Shown piece by piece: positions 22,022 through 32,243 of a DNA stretch of 64,000 bases. Within the stretch, counting starts at the first letter, position 1; each line of letters opens with the position of its first letter. A program made the position numbers and the translations under genes. The stretch is taken from the NCBI GenBank assembly GCA_963846575.1, contig CAWJWJ010000002.1, forward strand, positions 2,688,001-2,752,000. Reading direction: 5' to 3'. The notes under the pieces were generated by a model that was not told the origin of the DNA, did not search any database, and was given only the letters and a program-made list of their open reading frames with translations. Origin of the DNA: an uncultured Nitrospiraceae bacterium (GTDB lineage Bacteria > Nitrospirota > Nitrospiria > Nitrospirales > Nitrospiraceae).

Positions 22022-22520
22022 TCAGCCTTTCATGTACAGCACCTGTGTCACCTCAGCGACGCTCTCCACGAGATCGGATTGATTGCTCACGACCTGATCA
22101 TGTCGTTGTAGGCCGCTGGGATCCGATCCAAGACGCCGGCACGCTTTCGGCATTCCAGTCAAAGGTGCGTTTAGCCTGCCCGCGGGACATCCACGGTCCC
22201 GCGCCATGAGCGCACCACTCAGAGACTTCCTGGTTCCCGCCGCCGCGCACAAGATAGGAGCGACTGCCCATCGATCCTGAAATGGTGCCCATTTCGCCTT
22301 GTCGCGCCCGGACAGGGCCCTTCCGCGTCACAATGACTTGATGAACGACGTGCGTTCTCGTTCAGTGCCATCATGATGGCAATTCACTTCCATCACCGGA
22401 GCGATAACTCCTCGCACCCAGGGCAGTACGGTGCTCGTCGCCCGCAACAGGCGCGGCATCATGACGTCCCGGTTCATAAAGGCATATTCCTGGACCCGTT
22501 GCAGGTCGTTCGATAGGCAT
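22022..22520 (-). pseudogene. rtcB: Frameshifted 3' half of RtcB RNA ligase
   Basis: QEYAFMNRDVMM, VNCHH, TRKGPVRARQGEMGTISGSMGSRSYLVRG, AHGAG, QSDLVE...KG* spread over different frames. Confidence 0.85.
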
Positions 22521-22636
22521 CGAACGATCGATGAGCGGCACGTCCACAAGCCAGGGCTCTCCCCAGCTACCGCCTCCCTGACCTGGTGCACTAAGCTAGC
22601 ACTGAACTCGACACTCCTTCTTCGTCACGCGTACAG

Positions 22637-23164
22637 GTGAGTGTGCAGGCGAATCAGAACACGCGATCTCTCTTCTTTGGGCTGCTAGTGGTCTGCCTGT
22701 CCGTGGGATGCTCCAATGTCAATGTCCTCCGTCTCACCTCCGAGACGTTTCCGCCTCGCTCGATCGAGGAGGTGGCAATCTTGAGCGAAGTCCCGCCCGA
22801 CCAACATACCCGAATCGCGGAGCTCACCGAGACATCCTCCTCCGGTGTCGATTCCCTTCAGCGACATATTCTGAAAAAAGCGGCTCAATTGGGAGCGGAT
22901 GCGGTCATCTTTTCGGTACCTCACACCCGTTCCGAACAGCGCGTAGACTATCAGCCGGTGTATAGCCCCTGGGGCTACTATGCGCCGTATTACTATGGAC
23001 CCGGTCCCTACGGATATTCGAGACCCTGGGGCTACTCCTACAGCGCATTTGGAGCGTTCGGAGGGTACCGCCGGTATGCAGCCGTCCCCTACTCAGTCCG
23101 GGTCACGACCCTAAAGGGTGTAGCGATCAGATATCGCGGGTCGCCTGGAGAGCCCGCACCATAA
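22637..23164 (+). CDS. Lipoprotein with Tyr/Gly/Pro-rich insert
   Basis: Lipobox SVGC; KKAAQLGADAVI. Confidence 0.7.
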   Translation: MSVQANQNTRSLFFGLLVVCLSVGCSNVNVLRLTSETFPPRSIEEVAILSEVPPDQHTRIAELTETSSSGVDSLQRHILKKAAQLGADAVIFSVPHTRSEQRVDYQPVYSPWGYYAPYYYGPGPYGYSRPWGYSYSAFGAFGGYRRYAAVPYSVRVTTLKGVAIRYRGSPGEPAP

Positions 23165-23179
23165 AAGGGAGGAGACATC

Positions 23180-23656
23180 GTGAACCGACACATGCAGGCA
23201 CTGGCGGGTATCGGACTGTGGGCATTGGCAGGATGCAGCCATGCGCCCGCCGTACACCAGGAGCGGCACCCGGTGGATCCCGTCATGGACATGTTGCACC
23301 GAGGCATCCTCGACTTGGAGGAAAACGTTCAGGAACTCAACGAACGCATCGCCGAACTGCAACAACTGCCCCCGGCGCAGGATCCCACCGTCCAGGAGTT
23401 GCGGACGCTCGATCTCGCGGGGTGGCACCTCCATCAGCAGCAGTGGTTGCTGCAACGTGAGCGGCTCTTCCTGGCGGTGCATCAGATTCAACAAGCTCAG
23501 GCACACCCGCCTCAGCGCGCCGATCTCTGGACGCAGTGGACATCACGACAGCAGGAATTCATGACCGCACTTGAGAACCTTCGCGCGCAACGGAATACCC
23601 TGGAACAGAAACGACTCGCGGTGGAATCCCGGCTGCTGGAGCGGTATTTCAAGTAA
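23180..23656 (+). CDS. Coiled-coil lipoprotein
   Basis: Lipobox LAGC; RBS ggagg. Confidence 0.7.
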   Translation: MNRHMQALAGIGLWALAGCSHAPAVHQERHPVDPVMDMLHRGILDLEENVQELNERIAELQQLPPAQDPTVQELRTLDLAGWHLHQQQWLLQRERLFLAVHQIQQAQAHPPQRADLWTQWTSRQQEFMTALENLRAQRNTLEQKRLAVESRLLERYFK

Positions 23657-24181
23657 GGTCCGTTCAGCAACGGCTTTACCTCCCGGATAGATCCACTCAG
23701 GGCACAGAGCCCATACAATTTAGAAAAATACCAAGCCAAGCGTAATGCCGAACGCCCGAACCCACACCGATCGTCAACAATGGCGAAGGGAACGGCTCTC
23801 TCATCTCAAACCACGCTGTCTCCCATCTGGTTTACGATTTCCGCTTGGAACTGGATGATGCCCTGAACAGCCGGGTCGTGCCGAAAGGGCCGAGCCTTGC
23901 TCCTGTGACAAACCGCTGGCGATGCAGGTTGGAGGATCATCCCGTCGTGTACGGCTCACTTAAGGGGATTATTCTTCGAGACGAGTATGGCGGCCGCGCG
24001 GTCCTGCTGCGCGACCGAGACACGTGGGAACCGGTCTGCGACCCACGGCACGCCAGGGATTGGGCAAGGGAACGCCGGTCTTCAAACTCTATGGTGAAAT
24101 GCTGCACGGCGATATGTGTTCGACTTACTGTCTCACCAGCGTGCCCTGATCCCCTGCAAACCTGCTGATTTCACCCCCCGA

Positions 24182-25342
24182 TCAAAACCGATAGACGGCG
24201 GCGAGCACCTGTTGACCGGGCATGTCCTTCTGATCAGTGCCGTATAAGATCCCGCCGTGCAGCAGCGTTTGCATAGCTGCGAGATCGATCAGCTCGTCAT
24301 CACCCGGTTGCTGTTCGGCATGCTCTTCCAGGCTCAGACTGTCAAAGTCGAATCGTCCGTACCGGCGCACTCCCGACGCAAGGAACAACGTCGCAATTCT
24401 TCCTTGATGGGCAGCCGTCAGGACGTCGAGGAGTGCATGGCCGGCTCGCCCCTTACCGAGGCCTTCATGATATTGCGTGGCGGCCATGGCTCGCGCTTCC
24501 AGAAAGGACGGCTCTGCAATAGGCCAGGCACGGTGATGCAGTTCCTTATCGGACAGCCCGTCAGGATTTCCTTGCACAATGGCCTCAAGAATATTGCGAT
24601 CGCCGGTGGCCTCTTTGAACAGGGGTGCTAGATGGTCCACGCAGGCCAGAACGATGGGCGCGCGATTCTGTGCGAGGATGTCCTTGAGACCTTCGCGAAC
24701 CCGGTGAAAATACCGAATCACATTCACGGCGTCGAGGTCCTCAGCGCCCGCGCCGTGTCCGTGGAAACGCGTCGAGGCGTTATGCCCGACCGGAAGCGAG
24801 TAGTGCTGATCTTGCGGCGACCCACCTTCCGGGAGCGCCGCTTCCATCCCTTGCGGGACACTCGCAAGGTCCACGGCCTGAACATGGTCACGGGAGCATT
24901 CCAATAGTCGAACGGCCTTTTGACTGAGCGCGAGCACGTAAAACCGAGATTCATTAATGAGTACGGGCAGGAGTGGTTTGACGTAGAAGCGGGTCGAGAC
25001 TTGAACAAACTCCTCGAGGGGTATAGGAAGCCGGTACACTCGAAAGACCTCACGGGAGCGAAAAATCGCGAGGCCATCTTCTTGGTGCCGCCAAAAGTCA
25101 GCGTCGTCCAAAAGAGCCGATATTGGTGCGAGCAGTTCGCGTGCCTCGGGAGCACGCATGCCCTCCTTGATGAGCTGATCCTCGGCCTGCTTTATAAGGT
25201 TCTTCAGCCTGATCGGGTCTTGCTGAATCTCGGCCCCGGCGCGGTGTGTGGGAAGAAACACAGAAACGGCCGGTTCATGGCCCGCCGTTACGATCGACTT
25301 CAGTTCTTCTTGAGACATGGTTAACATAATTCCCCCCTGCAT
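24182..25342 (-). CDS. Bacterial archaeo-eukaryotic release factor-like (baeRF3/baeRF7) protein
   Basis: VSVFLPTHR...IRLKNL...GLAIF...FYVKPLL...FYVLALSQ...GNPD...AHQGRI...AAVYRF. Confidence 0.8.
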   Translation of the reverse strand: MQGGIMLTMSQEELKSIVTAGHEPAVSVFLPTHRAGAEIQQDPIRLKNLIKQAEDQLIKEGMRAPEARELLAPISALLDDADFWRHQEDGLAIFRSREVFRVYRLPIPLEEFVQVSTRFYVKPLLPVLINESRFYVLALSQKAVRLLECSRDHVQAVDLASVPQGMEAALPEGGSPQDQHYSLPVGHNASTRFHGHGAGAEDLDAVNVIRYFHRVREGLKDILAQNRAPIVLACVDHLAPLFKEATGDRNILEAIVQGNPDGLSDKELHHRAWPIAEPSFLEARAMAATQYHEGLGKGRAGHALLDVLTAAHQGRIATLFLASGVRRYGRFDFDSLSLEEHAEQQPGDDELIDLAAMQTLLHGGILYGTDQKDMPGQQVLAAVYRF

Positions 25343-25627
25343 GTGCGTCGATATCTCCCTTGCCTCGCTTCTTCCTTCGATTCATCTGTAAGGGCGCACT
25401 ATACGGATCATCATAGGGTGATTTATGCCTTTCAGGATCTGGACATGTCCCTAGTCTCGGGACTCTCGATGTTTTCCGGCGCGCAAGCTACGGTCTCGTG
25501 CTGAAAACTTCGCATCGCGCTGTCTAGTGGAAGGGAGCGGAAGGGTGTGTTATCCGATATCGGATCCTCAGGAGCTCATGAAGGTTGGCTTGCCCTGCTG
25601 GTCCTAACGTACTCGAAGGATCAACGA

Positions 25628-26731
25628 TTAAAGGTTGAGAACGGGGGGGCGGCTGGCAGTTGTGGGAGCTACGGATCGTTGGTACATACGAAGAAGGATG
25701 TGAAAGGTCGCTTTCGTCATTGCTAGGATGATGGGGCCTACAAAGAGCCCAAGGAATCCCAGCCAGGCCAGCCCCCCGAGAGAGGCAAAGAAGACCAGAA
25801 TTACGGGAAGGTCGACTCCGGCCCCAACGAGAAAGGGATGAACGACATTGTCCATGAGTCCAACGATGACGATTCCCACGGCGAGCAGTGTCACCCCTTT
25901 CCATACTGCGCCTGTAAACAGCAAATACAACGTTACCGGTCCCCATATTAATGCGGTGCCTCCGACCGGTACGAGCGACGCCACCGCGCTGAGAGCTCCG
26001 AGTAGGAGTGCCAGCGGCAGGTCAAGCAGCCAGTAGGTGACACCCGACACGATGCCCTGACCGACCGCGGTGAGCAGGGTACCCCGAACAATCGCCACCA
26101 CGGCATTGTCTAGACTTTCCGAGATTTCTGTTTTCACCTTCGCCTCGACCGGCAGTGCCTCATTGACGGCCTTATACACACTAGGGCTGTCACGAAACAG
26201 AAAAAACAACGTGAAGAAGGTGATCAGGAAATGAGTGAGGCCTTCCGCGACCCCTTTCAGCACTTCTCCCATGGTGCCGGCCATAGACTTTCCGACCGTC
26301 GCTGCTTCCGGTGGGGGTTCGACCTGCCCCTGTGTCCCGATTACTTTGCTCAGAAATTCCTGCGACATCGAGCCCACAACCGGGATCTGTCCCACCCGCT
26401 CGGGCACCTTCGCTAACCCGCCGGACCCGATCCACTCTTTTCCGACTTCATACGCCTGCATGAGTTCGGTGGCTGCGACTGCACCGATATAGGAGAGAGG
26501 CAACACAAGAAGTACCATGGTTCCCACGGCCATCATCGTGGCCGAAATCGTTCGCCTTCCGTTGAGTTTATTTGCAAGCCTTTCATGAGGCCCATCAAAT
26601 ATCCTCCATAAGAGAAGGGCCCAGGCGATTGACGTCAGAAAGGGCCAGAAAATCCAAACCGAAAGACATCCCAGAAGGATGCCGAACATCACGAGCAAAA
26701 CGTTGGAAAGAGTCTGACGTGAGACGATCAT
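25628..26731 (-). CDS. AI-2E family transporter
   Basis: Multi-TM; PVGGTALIWGP, DNVVHP, GGL..GFLGLFVGP. Confidence 0.9.
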   Translation of the reverse strand: MIVSRQTLSNVLLVMFGILLGCLSVWIFWPFLTSIAWALLLWRIFDGPHERLANKLNGRRTISATMMAVGTMVLLVLPLSYIGAVAATELMQAYEVGKEWIGSGGLAKVPERVGQIPVVGSMSQEFLSKVIGTQGQVEPPPEAATVGKSMAGTMGEVLKGVAEGLTHFLITFFTLFFLFRDSPSVYKAVNEALPVEAKVKTEISESLDNAVVAIVRGTLLTAVGQGIVSGVTYWLLDLPLALLLGALSAVASLVPVGGTALIWGPVTLYLLFTGAVWKGVTLLAVGIVIVGLMDNVVHPFLVGAGVDLPVILVFFASLGGLAWLGFLGLFVGPIILAMTKATFHILLRMYQRSVAPTTASRPPVLNL

Positions 26732-27452
26732 TCGTGAATGGGCTTATTATTCCGGGCACGGCACTGCTGAGAGAACTCCGCCACTAGCTGGTTCATCATT
26801 TCCCCATGGATGAGGCGGCCATCGTGGCGCGTGTGCTCGTAAGACACCCTTTCTAACTGGGAGCCTTCTCCGGTGGCCTGTGCTTCGCGACTGCCGGGCA
26901 TTCTTCACTACAGCAGGTGCTTCCTTGAAGTCAGCGCGAACAGCCCGGATGACTACATTCGTTGTATCTATGAAAATTTCGACATCAGTTAAAGTACCGA
27001 AACGACAGACAGTTCGACTACTGGTGGTATCCCTTGCATAGTCCTTGATGAGGCCGACCTTACTTGCCTCGGCTTTGCCTGAAGGTTCTCGACCAGGCAA
27101 TCTATTTGCAGTTTTCGTTCTGCATTTGGCCTGCCCACAGACGTAGGTCGTGACCACCGCCCGATCGCACAACTTCCTCATAGATCTTCCACCGCAGTAA
27201 AGACTGCGCTCTCCTCGGCGGAGATCATGGTGACCGAGCACACTTTTTACCCACGAGTCGCTCACTGGAAGACGTTAAAACGAGACCTTCGAGCAGCACA
27301 TAGTTTGGACCATGAAGCTTTCCCACCGCCGGGCTACGTCCGACCAATTAGAGGTTTGCCTAGTCCCGGCCCGCGTGCCGATAGCGTAAATTAAAACTTG
27401 TGAGTGCTAGGAAGAGGTTGCTTGTATATTTCACTAATGGGAGGAAGATTGT

Positions 27453-27740
27453 ATGAGAATGGAAAAATTTATAGCTGTCGCCTTATTTTCTGGCTTGATT
27501 GCGAGCCCCGCGTGGGCCTTGTTTGAGACGAACAAGGAATTGATCTCTACGGCCAAAATCACCATGGAAGAGGCGGTGCACGCCGCGACGAAGGCCGTTC
27601 CGGGTGGCAAAGCAGTGGAAGCGGAACTCGGCAAGGAAGATGGGCGGACAGTCTACGAGGTGGAAGTCATCGACGCCAATACGAAGACGCAGAAAGTCTA
27701 CGTCGATGCCCAGACCGGACAAGCCAAAATCGATAAGTAG
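27453..27740 (+). CDS. PepSY domain secreted protein
   Basis: AKITMEEAV..A...GKAVEAEL...YEVEV...VYVDAQTG. Confidence 0.85.
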   Translation: MRMEKFIAVALFSGLIASPAWALFETNKELISTAKITMEEAVHAATKAVPGGKAVEAELGKEDGRTVYEVEVIDANTKTQKVYVDAQTGQAKIDK

Positions 27741-27748
27741 CTCTCGAC

Positions 27749-27772
27749 GTGCGGCCTCGCGGGAGGCCGCAC
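27749..27772 (+). terminator. Hairpin after the PepSY gene
   Basis: gtgcggcctc-gcgg-gaggccgcac. Confidence 0.55.
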
Positions 27773-28003
27773 AGGTTTCCCACCATTACAACGACCACAC
27801 AGCGATAACCTCGCGGGTCCTCAAATAGCCGCGCAGCTTCCCCCTAGGCTTCCATCGGGATGCATTATCAATCGATTGCGATTATGCGTCGACGATTGGT
27901 CAATGGTCTGAAAAAGGTATCTTGAAACGGGTGTCTGTCCGGCAGCAGAGGTGGCTAGAGCCAGGATATTATCGGTTCAGTTGGGCGATCTTCGCCATGC
28001 AGC

Positions 28004-28260
28004 TCATCCTCCGCCGAATCGTTTTGAGATGGCCCCTCGGCTGCACGCCGGTGCCATGACTGTAAGGCCGGCAAGCATGCTTGCGAGGCTCTGGTGATAC
28101 TCCAGATGAAGGGTGAGATCACGAGTCACAGACCGAGCCCACATTGACCCATCGCACAGTTCGCGCCGACTCCCGGATCGCGACCCTGACGAAGGTGGCG
28201 AACCGGGCCCCAACGACTTGATGATTGCGGCGGGGCGATTACTTGCGGTGGCACCGTGCT
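28004..28260 (-). pseudogene. Decayed SPW-repeat membrane protein gene
   Basis: NHQVVGARFATFVRVAIRESARTVRWVNVG and RGAISKRFGGG in different frames, directly downstream of VKOR. Confidence 0.5.
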
Positions 28261-28300
28261 CCACATACGTTATCCCTGCAAGTCCTTGAACGTTCTCTTC

Positions 28301-28858
28301 TCAGAGATGATCCCCATCTGAAGCGCCTCTCCAAAAGATCTGCCAGAGCGGCAGTTTCTTATCATGCGCCCGCTTGAGGAGTTGAAGGCTGGCCAGCACC
28401 TCATCCATGGCGGGGCCGATCATGATGATCGAGATGAGGGCGGACACGAGGCAGAGTGTGCACCATGCATGCAGCACCACGGGTTGCGCAATCACTAACA
28501 GCACACTCACCAGCCCCAAGGGTCCGACGGCCAGTCCAAACAAGATGACCATCCAGGGCATGCTTCGCCAGCGTTGAGTGCCGCCGATCGCCCCAGTGAT
28601 CGCATCGAGAGCATAGGCAAAGGCACCCAGTGCGGCGTCGGGGATGGGAAGTAGTCGAGAGAGTGCGGAATGCAAAACCGTCTCACTCCCCCGGTCAAAA
28701 AATGGTTCCCAGACATGGTCGAGAAGGCCCCATTGATACCATGCTAAATATCCGGAGATCGCGAACCCGAGCAGAGCCACGCCAATCAGCCACACCCGCT
28801 CCGACCACGTCGAAGGATTATAGCTCCACCCGGGTGGAAAGGAGGACGTGATACTCAT
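28301..28858 (-). CDS. Vitamin K epoxide reductase (VKOR) family protein
   Basis: PPGWSYNPSTW, PDAALG, WCTLC. Confidence 0.85.
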   Translation of the reverse strand: MSITSSFPPGWSYNPSTWSERVWLIGVALLGFAISGYLAWYQWGLLDHVWEPFFDRGSETVLHSALSRLLPIPDAALGAFAYALDAITGAIGGTQRWRSMPWMVILFGLAVGPLGLVSVLLVIAQPVVLHAWCTLCLVSALISIIMIGPAMDEVLASLQLLKRAHDKKLPLWQIFWRGASDGDHL

Positions 28859-29946
28859 TACGTCTCTTGCTGCGAGAGTTCAGGCGAGGGACTGAGTTTG
28901 TGGGCGCGATACCAGGCCAGGGGATCTTGCTTGAGTGCGCAGATCATTTTGGGAATGGTATCCCGCAACGTGCGTCGGGGTTGCCACTCTAACCAGGCTT
29001 TGGCTCGAGCGATGTCTAACGCATAGTGGTCATCGGCAAAATCGATCATCCATGCTTTGATGAAGGGATCCTCGATGAAGGGCATGGCGTCCTGCATCCA
29101 GGCACCCGTTTTCGCCAGAGCTTTTGGAATCTGCACGGTTTCCCACTCTTCATCGTGCAAGAGCCTCCCGAACCGATGCTGAAGTTCATCGTAGCTGACA
29201 GGCTCAGGCTCACCGATGAGCATGACGGCATCAGATGCCAGTGTCCGACGGCGGTCGACCGTGCGCTCGATGGCATCGACCAAGTCCTCTACATGAACAA
29301 AGGACTGGCCGTGCGAAATATGACCGGGAAACAGTTTGCTGGTGACGTGCCGTTCATGGATCCGCTCAATCTGATTCGCGAGCGGAATGGAATGACAGAA
29401 ATCGTCATAGACGCCTGCAATCCGCAAACTGACCGTGGGAATGGTTCCCCGCTCCTCGTCAATCAGCCGTTCGGTCTCGACTTTCGATTGAGGATAGGGC
29501 CAGCGAGGATCGAGGGGCCACTCTTCGTGAATAACCTGACCCGGCTCACACGGCGCGTGGACCAGCATGGTGCTCGAGAACACAAACTGCTCAACGTCGA
29601 ACTTCGATTCATGAAGTGCTCGCAAGAGGCGCCTCGTGCCTTCCACAGTCACTTCTTGATACTTTGAGCTCGCTTCGCCTGAAAAATCAAAATAGGCGGC
29701 GAGGTGGATGACCGACGCGACCCGTCCACGGTATCTCTCAGCGACGGTTCGCAGTCCGCTTCTGACACTTTCGGTGGAAGTGAGGTCAACCGGAATGTTG
29801 TAGGCGGAAGGTGGCGGATGCGGAGCGCCGGGGCGATCTAATCCAACAACCGTGTAGGACGTGGCGAGACGATTGGCCGTGTGGGACCCGATGAGACCAC
29901 TGGCTCCGGTTAGCAATACGAGAGGCTTGCTAGTTTGAGAATTCAT
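28858..29946 (-). CDS. NAD-dependent epimerase/dehydratase
   Basis: TGASGLIG, HLAA, YPQSK. Confidence 0.9.
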   Translation of the reverse strand: MNSQTSKPLVLLTGASGLIGSHTANRLATSYTVVGLDRPGAPHPPPSAYNIPVDLTSTESVRSGLRTVAERYRGRVASVIHLAAYFDFSGEASSKYQEVTVEGTRRLLRALHESKFDVEQFVFSSTMLVHAPCEPGQVIHEEWPLDPRWPYPQSKVETERLIDEERGTIPTVSLRIAGVYDDFCHSIPLANQIERIHERHVTSKLFPGHISHGQSFVHVEDLVDAIERTVDRRRTLASDAVMLIGEPEPVSYDELQHRFGRLLHDEEWETVQIPKALAKTGAWMQDAMPFIEDPFIKAWMIDFADDHYALDIARAKAWLEWQPRRTLRDTIPKMICALKQDPLAWYRAHKLSPSPELSQQET

Positions 29947-30790
29947 TGCTCGAGTTGGGCCGCTCTAAGGCATGTCGGTAAATAAAAGGTGCCCCTCTTT
30001 CGGAATCGGGCGGTTTTCTTTAGAAGTTGTGCCAGTCGGTCGTACTTCCTTTTCAACATCGTTATTTTCTTCAGAATCGATTTAAATTTACTCCGGTCCT
30101 GGAACCCTGAGTACTGGAACAATCCCCAGCTCATAGAGATGCCAGCCCTCGACCTTACTCTCACGACCACTCAAGACATGGAGAGGAATTCACAGCACGA
30201 TTTCTCACGCCGCCGGATGAAAGTCTGTTCGTTCTTAAATGGCAACTGGAAGACAGGAGTCTGGTCCGCGAACGGGGGAGTCGATGATTCCGAGGTCGCC
30301 GTGTAGGTTCAAATGATTAGGGAAGGCTTGCTCCTGTTGCGGTGGGAGAGTCAGCTATCAGGTCTCTTAAGAAAGGTATCGCGGGGGGAAGGGGACGTTG
30401 GGATGAAAGCGACTGGTCCCTTGGTCACCGGAAACGAGCAAAGCGCCGCTTTGACGATCGAGTTGAATTCCCTCTCCAGACGGCCGGCGTTCCCCTCTGT
30501 CCGAACCTTGCGCGGGTGGCAGAACCTGGCATTGGCTCGACTCCTTTCAACTCCCGTCTGAGGCTGGTGACGAAGATAATCCCGCCGATGATGATAACGA
30601 GAAAACAGCTGTATACCGTGATGGATTGTACGGTGAGGGGGAAAAGTGAAGGAATGTTGTTGAGCAATGCCATGAAGTCCGGCATGCCGTCAGGAAATCA
30701 TACAGAAGAAGTGAAGTCAAGTAAGGGTGCCGGGGCCTTCTCATTGAGCGACAATACGACTGATTCTTCAAGCATGTCACGAGCGTAAAA

Positions 30791-31080
30791 GTGCCTTGCT
30801 TGAGGCGCTGACCGAGCTCGACGACCGCCAGGAGCCCGACCAAACCGATTACGCTGAATTGGGAAAAGACCTTCGAGCGCACTTCCGAACCTCATGGCAG
30901 ACCATCATGACGCGACAGATCAGCCCTACCCGTCAGATCCTCAGCAAGCTCTTCAACGGCAATCGCATTCCGCTGACGCCAGTAGAGGGGCCATTTAGGT
31001 ACCTATTATGAGTTTGAAGGGATGGCCTCGATCGGCCGGCTGCTGACTGGTCGTACAAAGGCTGTGGTGTCCCCAACGGT
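30791..31080 (+). pseudogene. 3' remnant of a large serine recombinase ending at the att repeat
   Basis: RQILSKLFNGNRIPLTP / YYEFEGMASIGRLLTGRTKAVVSPT; same architecture as the 37300-37488 C-terminus. Confidence 0.7.
31065..31079 (+). repeat. att direct repeat: copy of the tRNA-Glu 3' end
   Basis: tggtgtccccaacgg identical to 37467-37481. Confidence 0.85.
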
Positions 31081-31327
31081 ACCCGTCAAACCACGGAGCA
31101 ATCACTCAGTTTTTACATTGACCTGCTGGTCGAGGCAGCGTGAACCAGCAAGCCTTGCCCACATGCACCAGTAGCACTCTCCTTTCAGTGCCAACCGTCT
31201 CAGATTCTCTCTTCACATGGACGGCACCACCAGGTAGGATGACCCGAGGGGCCTATAAAAACATGAGACTCGGATAGTCCGAGAGGGCTCTTACGCCCCT
31301 CTCGGGAGCTGGCCCAAAGGAGGCTTT

Positions 31328-31576
31328 ATGATCGGTTGGATATTGTTTGGTCTGGTCGTCGGAATCGTCGCGAAATTGGTCATGCCTGGGAAGGACCCAG
31401 GGGGCTTCATTATTACCATCCTCTTGGGCATCGGTGGTGCATTGATAGGAGGCTATCTCGGCCGTTCGCTCGGCTGGTACGGGGAAAACGATCCGGTGGG
31501 CTTTATGATGGCAGTAGGCGGAGCCGTGCTTTTGTTGATTGGGTACAGGTACCTGCTCGCCCCCAAAGCAGCCTAA
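31328..31576 (+). CDS. GlsB/YeaQ/YmgE stress membrane protein
   Basis: WILFGLVVGIVAKLVMPGKDPGG...LGIGGALIGG. Confidence 0.9.
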   Translation: MIGWILFGLVVGIVAKLVMPGKDPGGFIITILLGIGGALIGGYLGRSLGWYGENDPVGFMMAVGGAVLLLIGYRYLLAPKAA

Positions 31577-31731
31577 TCGGACTGCCTCTTCACACCATAC
31601 ATTTAGCGTAGAGGAACACTGATACTCTGACGGGACCTTGAAAGGGCAGCTGAAAGTGACGGGCGACATCCGTTGCTCTCCGCCGATCGGCCACTCGCTA
31701 CTTGCCACTGTATCTGACTAGGGAGACAATC

Positions 31732-32121
31732 ATGTCAAAAAATGTCAAGACGGTGTCTACCCGTGATTACGAAGAAGTCGTTTCCACTGTCACAAAATAT
31801 GTCGAGGGGCTACGCATCGGCAGTGTCGAAAATGTCGCAGAGGCGTTCCATAAGGACGCTGTGATGTACGGCTTTACCGAAGGAAAGCTGCTGGGCGGCC
31901 CGATAACGAACCTCTACGACTTCGTCCAGAAGAACGGCACCGCGCCCGACATCAAGACGCGGCTGGACGTGCTCGCGATCACGCCAACAACCGCAGTGGT
32001 GCGCGTGGACATGGAGAAGGATGCGATCGGTGCCGACTACACCGACTTCCACACCCTCCTGAAGCTCGGCGACACCTGGCGCATCGTGGCTAAGGTGTAT
32101 CACATGTATGAACGTCTTTGA
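31732..32121 (+). CDS. NTF2-like (lumazine-binding-like) protein
   Basis: YVEG...AFHKDAVMYG...YTDFHTLLK....WRIVAKVY. Confidence 0.85.
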   Translation: MSKNVKTVSTRDYEEVVSTVTKYVEGLRIGSVENVAEAFHKDAVMYGFTEGKLLGGPITNLYDFVQKNGTAPDIKTRLDVLAITPTTAVVRVDMEKDAIGADYTDFHTLLKLGDTWRIVAKVYHMYERL

Positions 32122-32243
32122 CTGATGGTCAGATGGAATGGTTATACCACTGGATACGAACGCCTCTCGGAAACCCTGTCTGAGCCTTGAGAGGACGGAC
32201 GAAAGTGAAGAAAATCAACGAGATGACTCGTCCAAACCGTCCA

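Noticed and set aside
26747..27265. 172-aa ORF upstream of the AI-2E gene
   Set aside because: No recognisable domain or RBS; cannot be supported as a gene.
29950..30790. Several short overlapping ORFs in a more AT-rich stretch
   Set aside because: No assignable family; probably decayed island DNA.
31171..31194. CIRCE-like TAGCACTC...CAGTGCCAA
   Set aside because: The spacer is shorter than 9 bp, it has mismatches, and it is not upstream of a chaperone gene.
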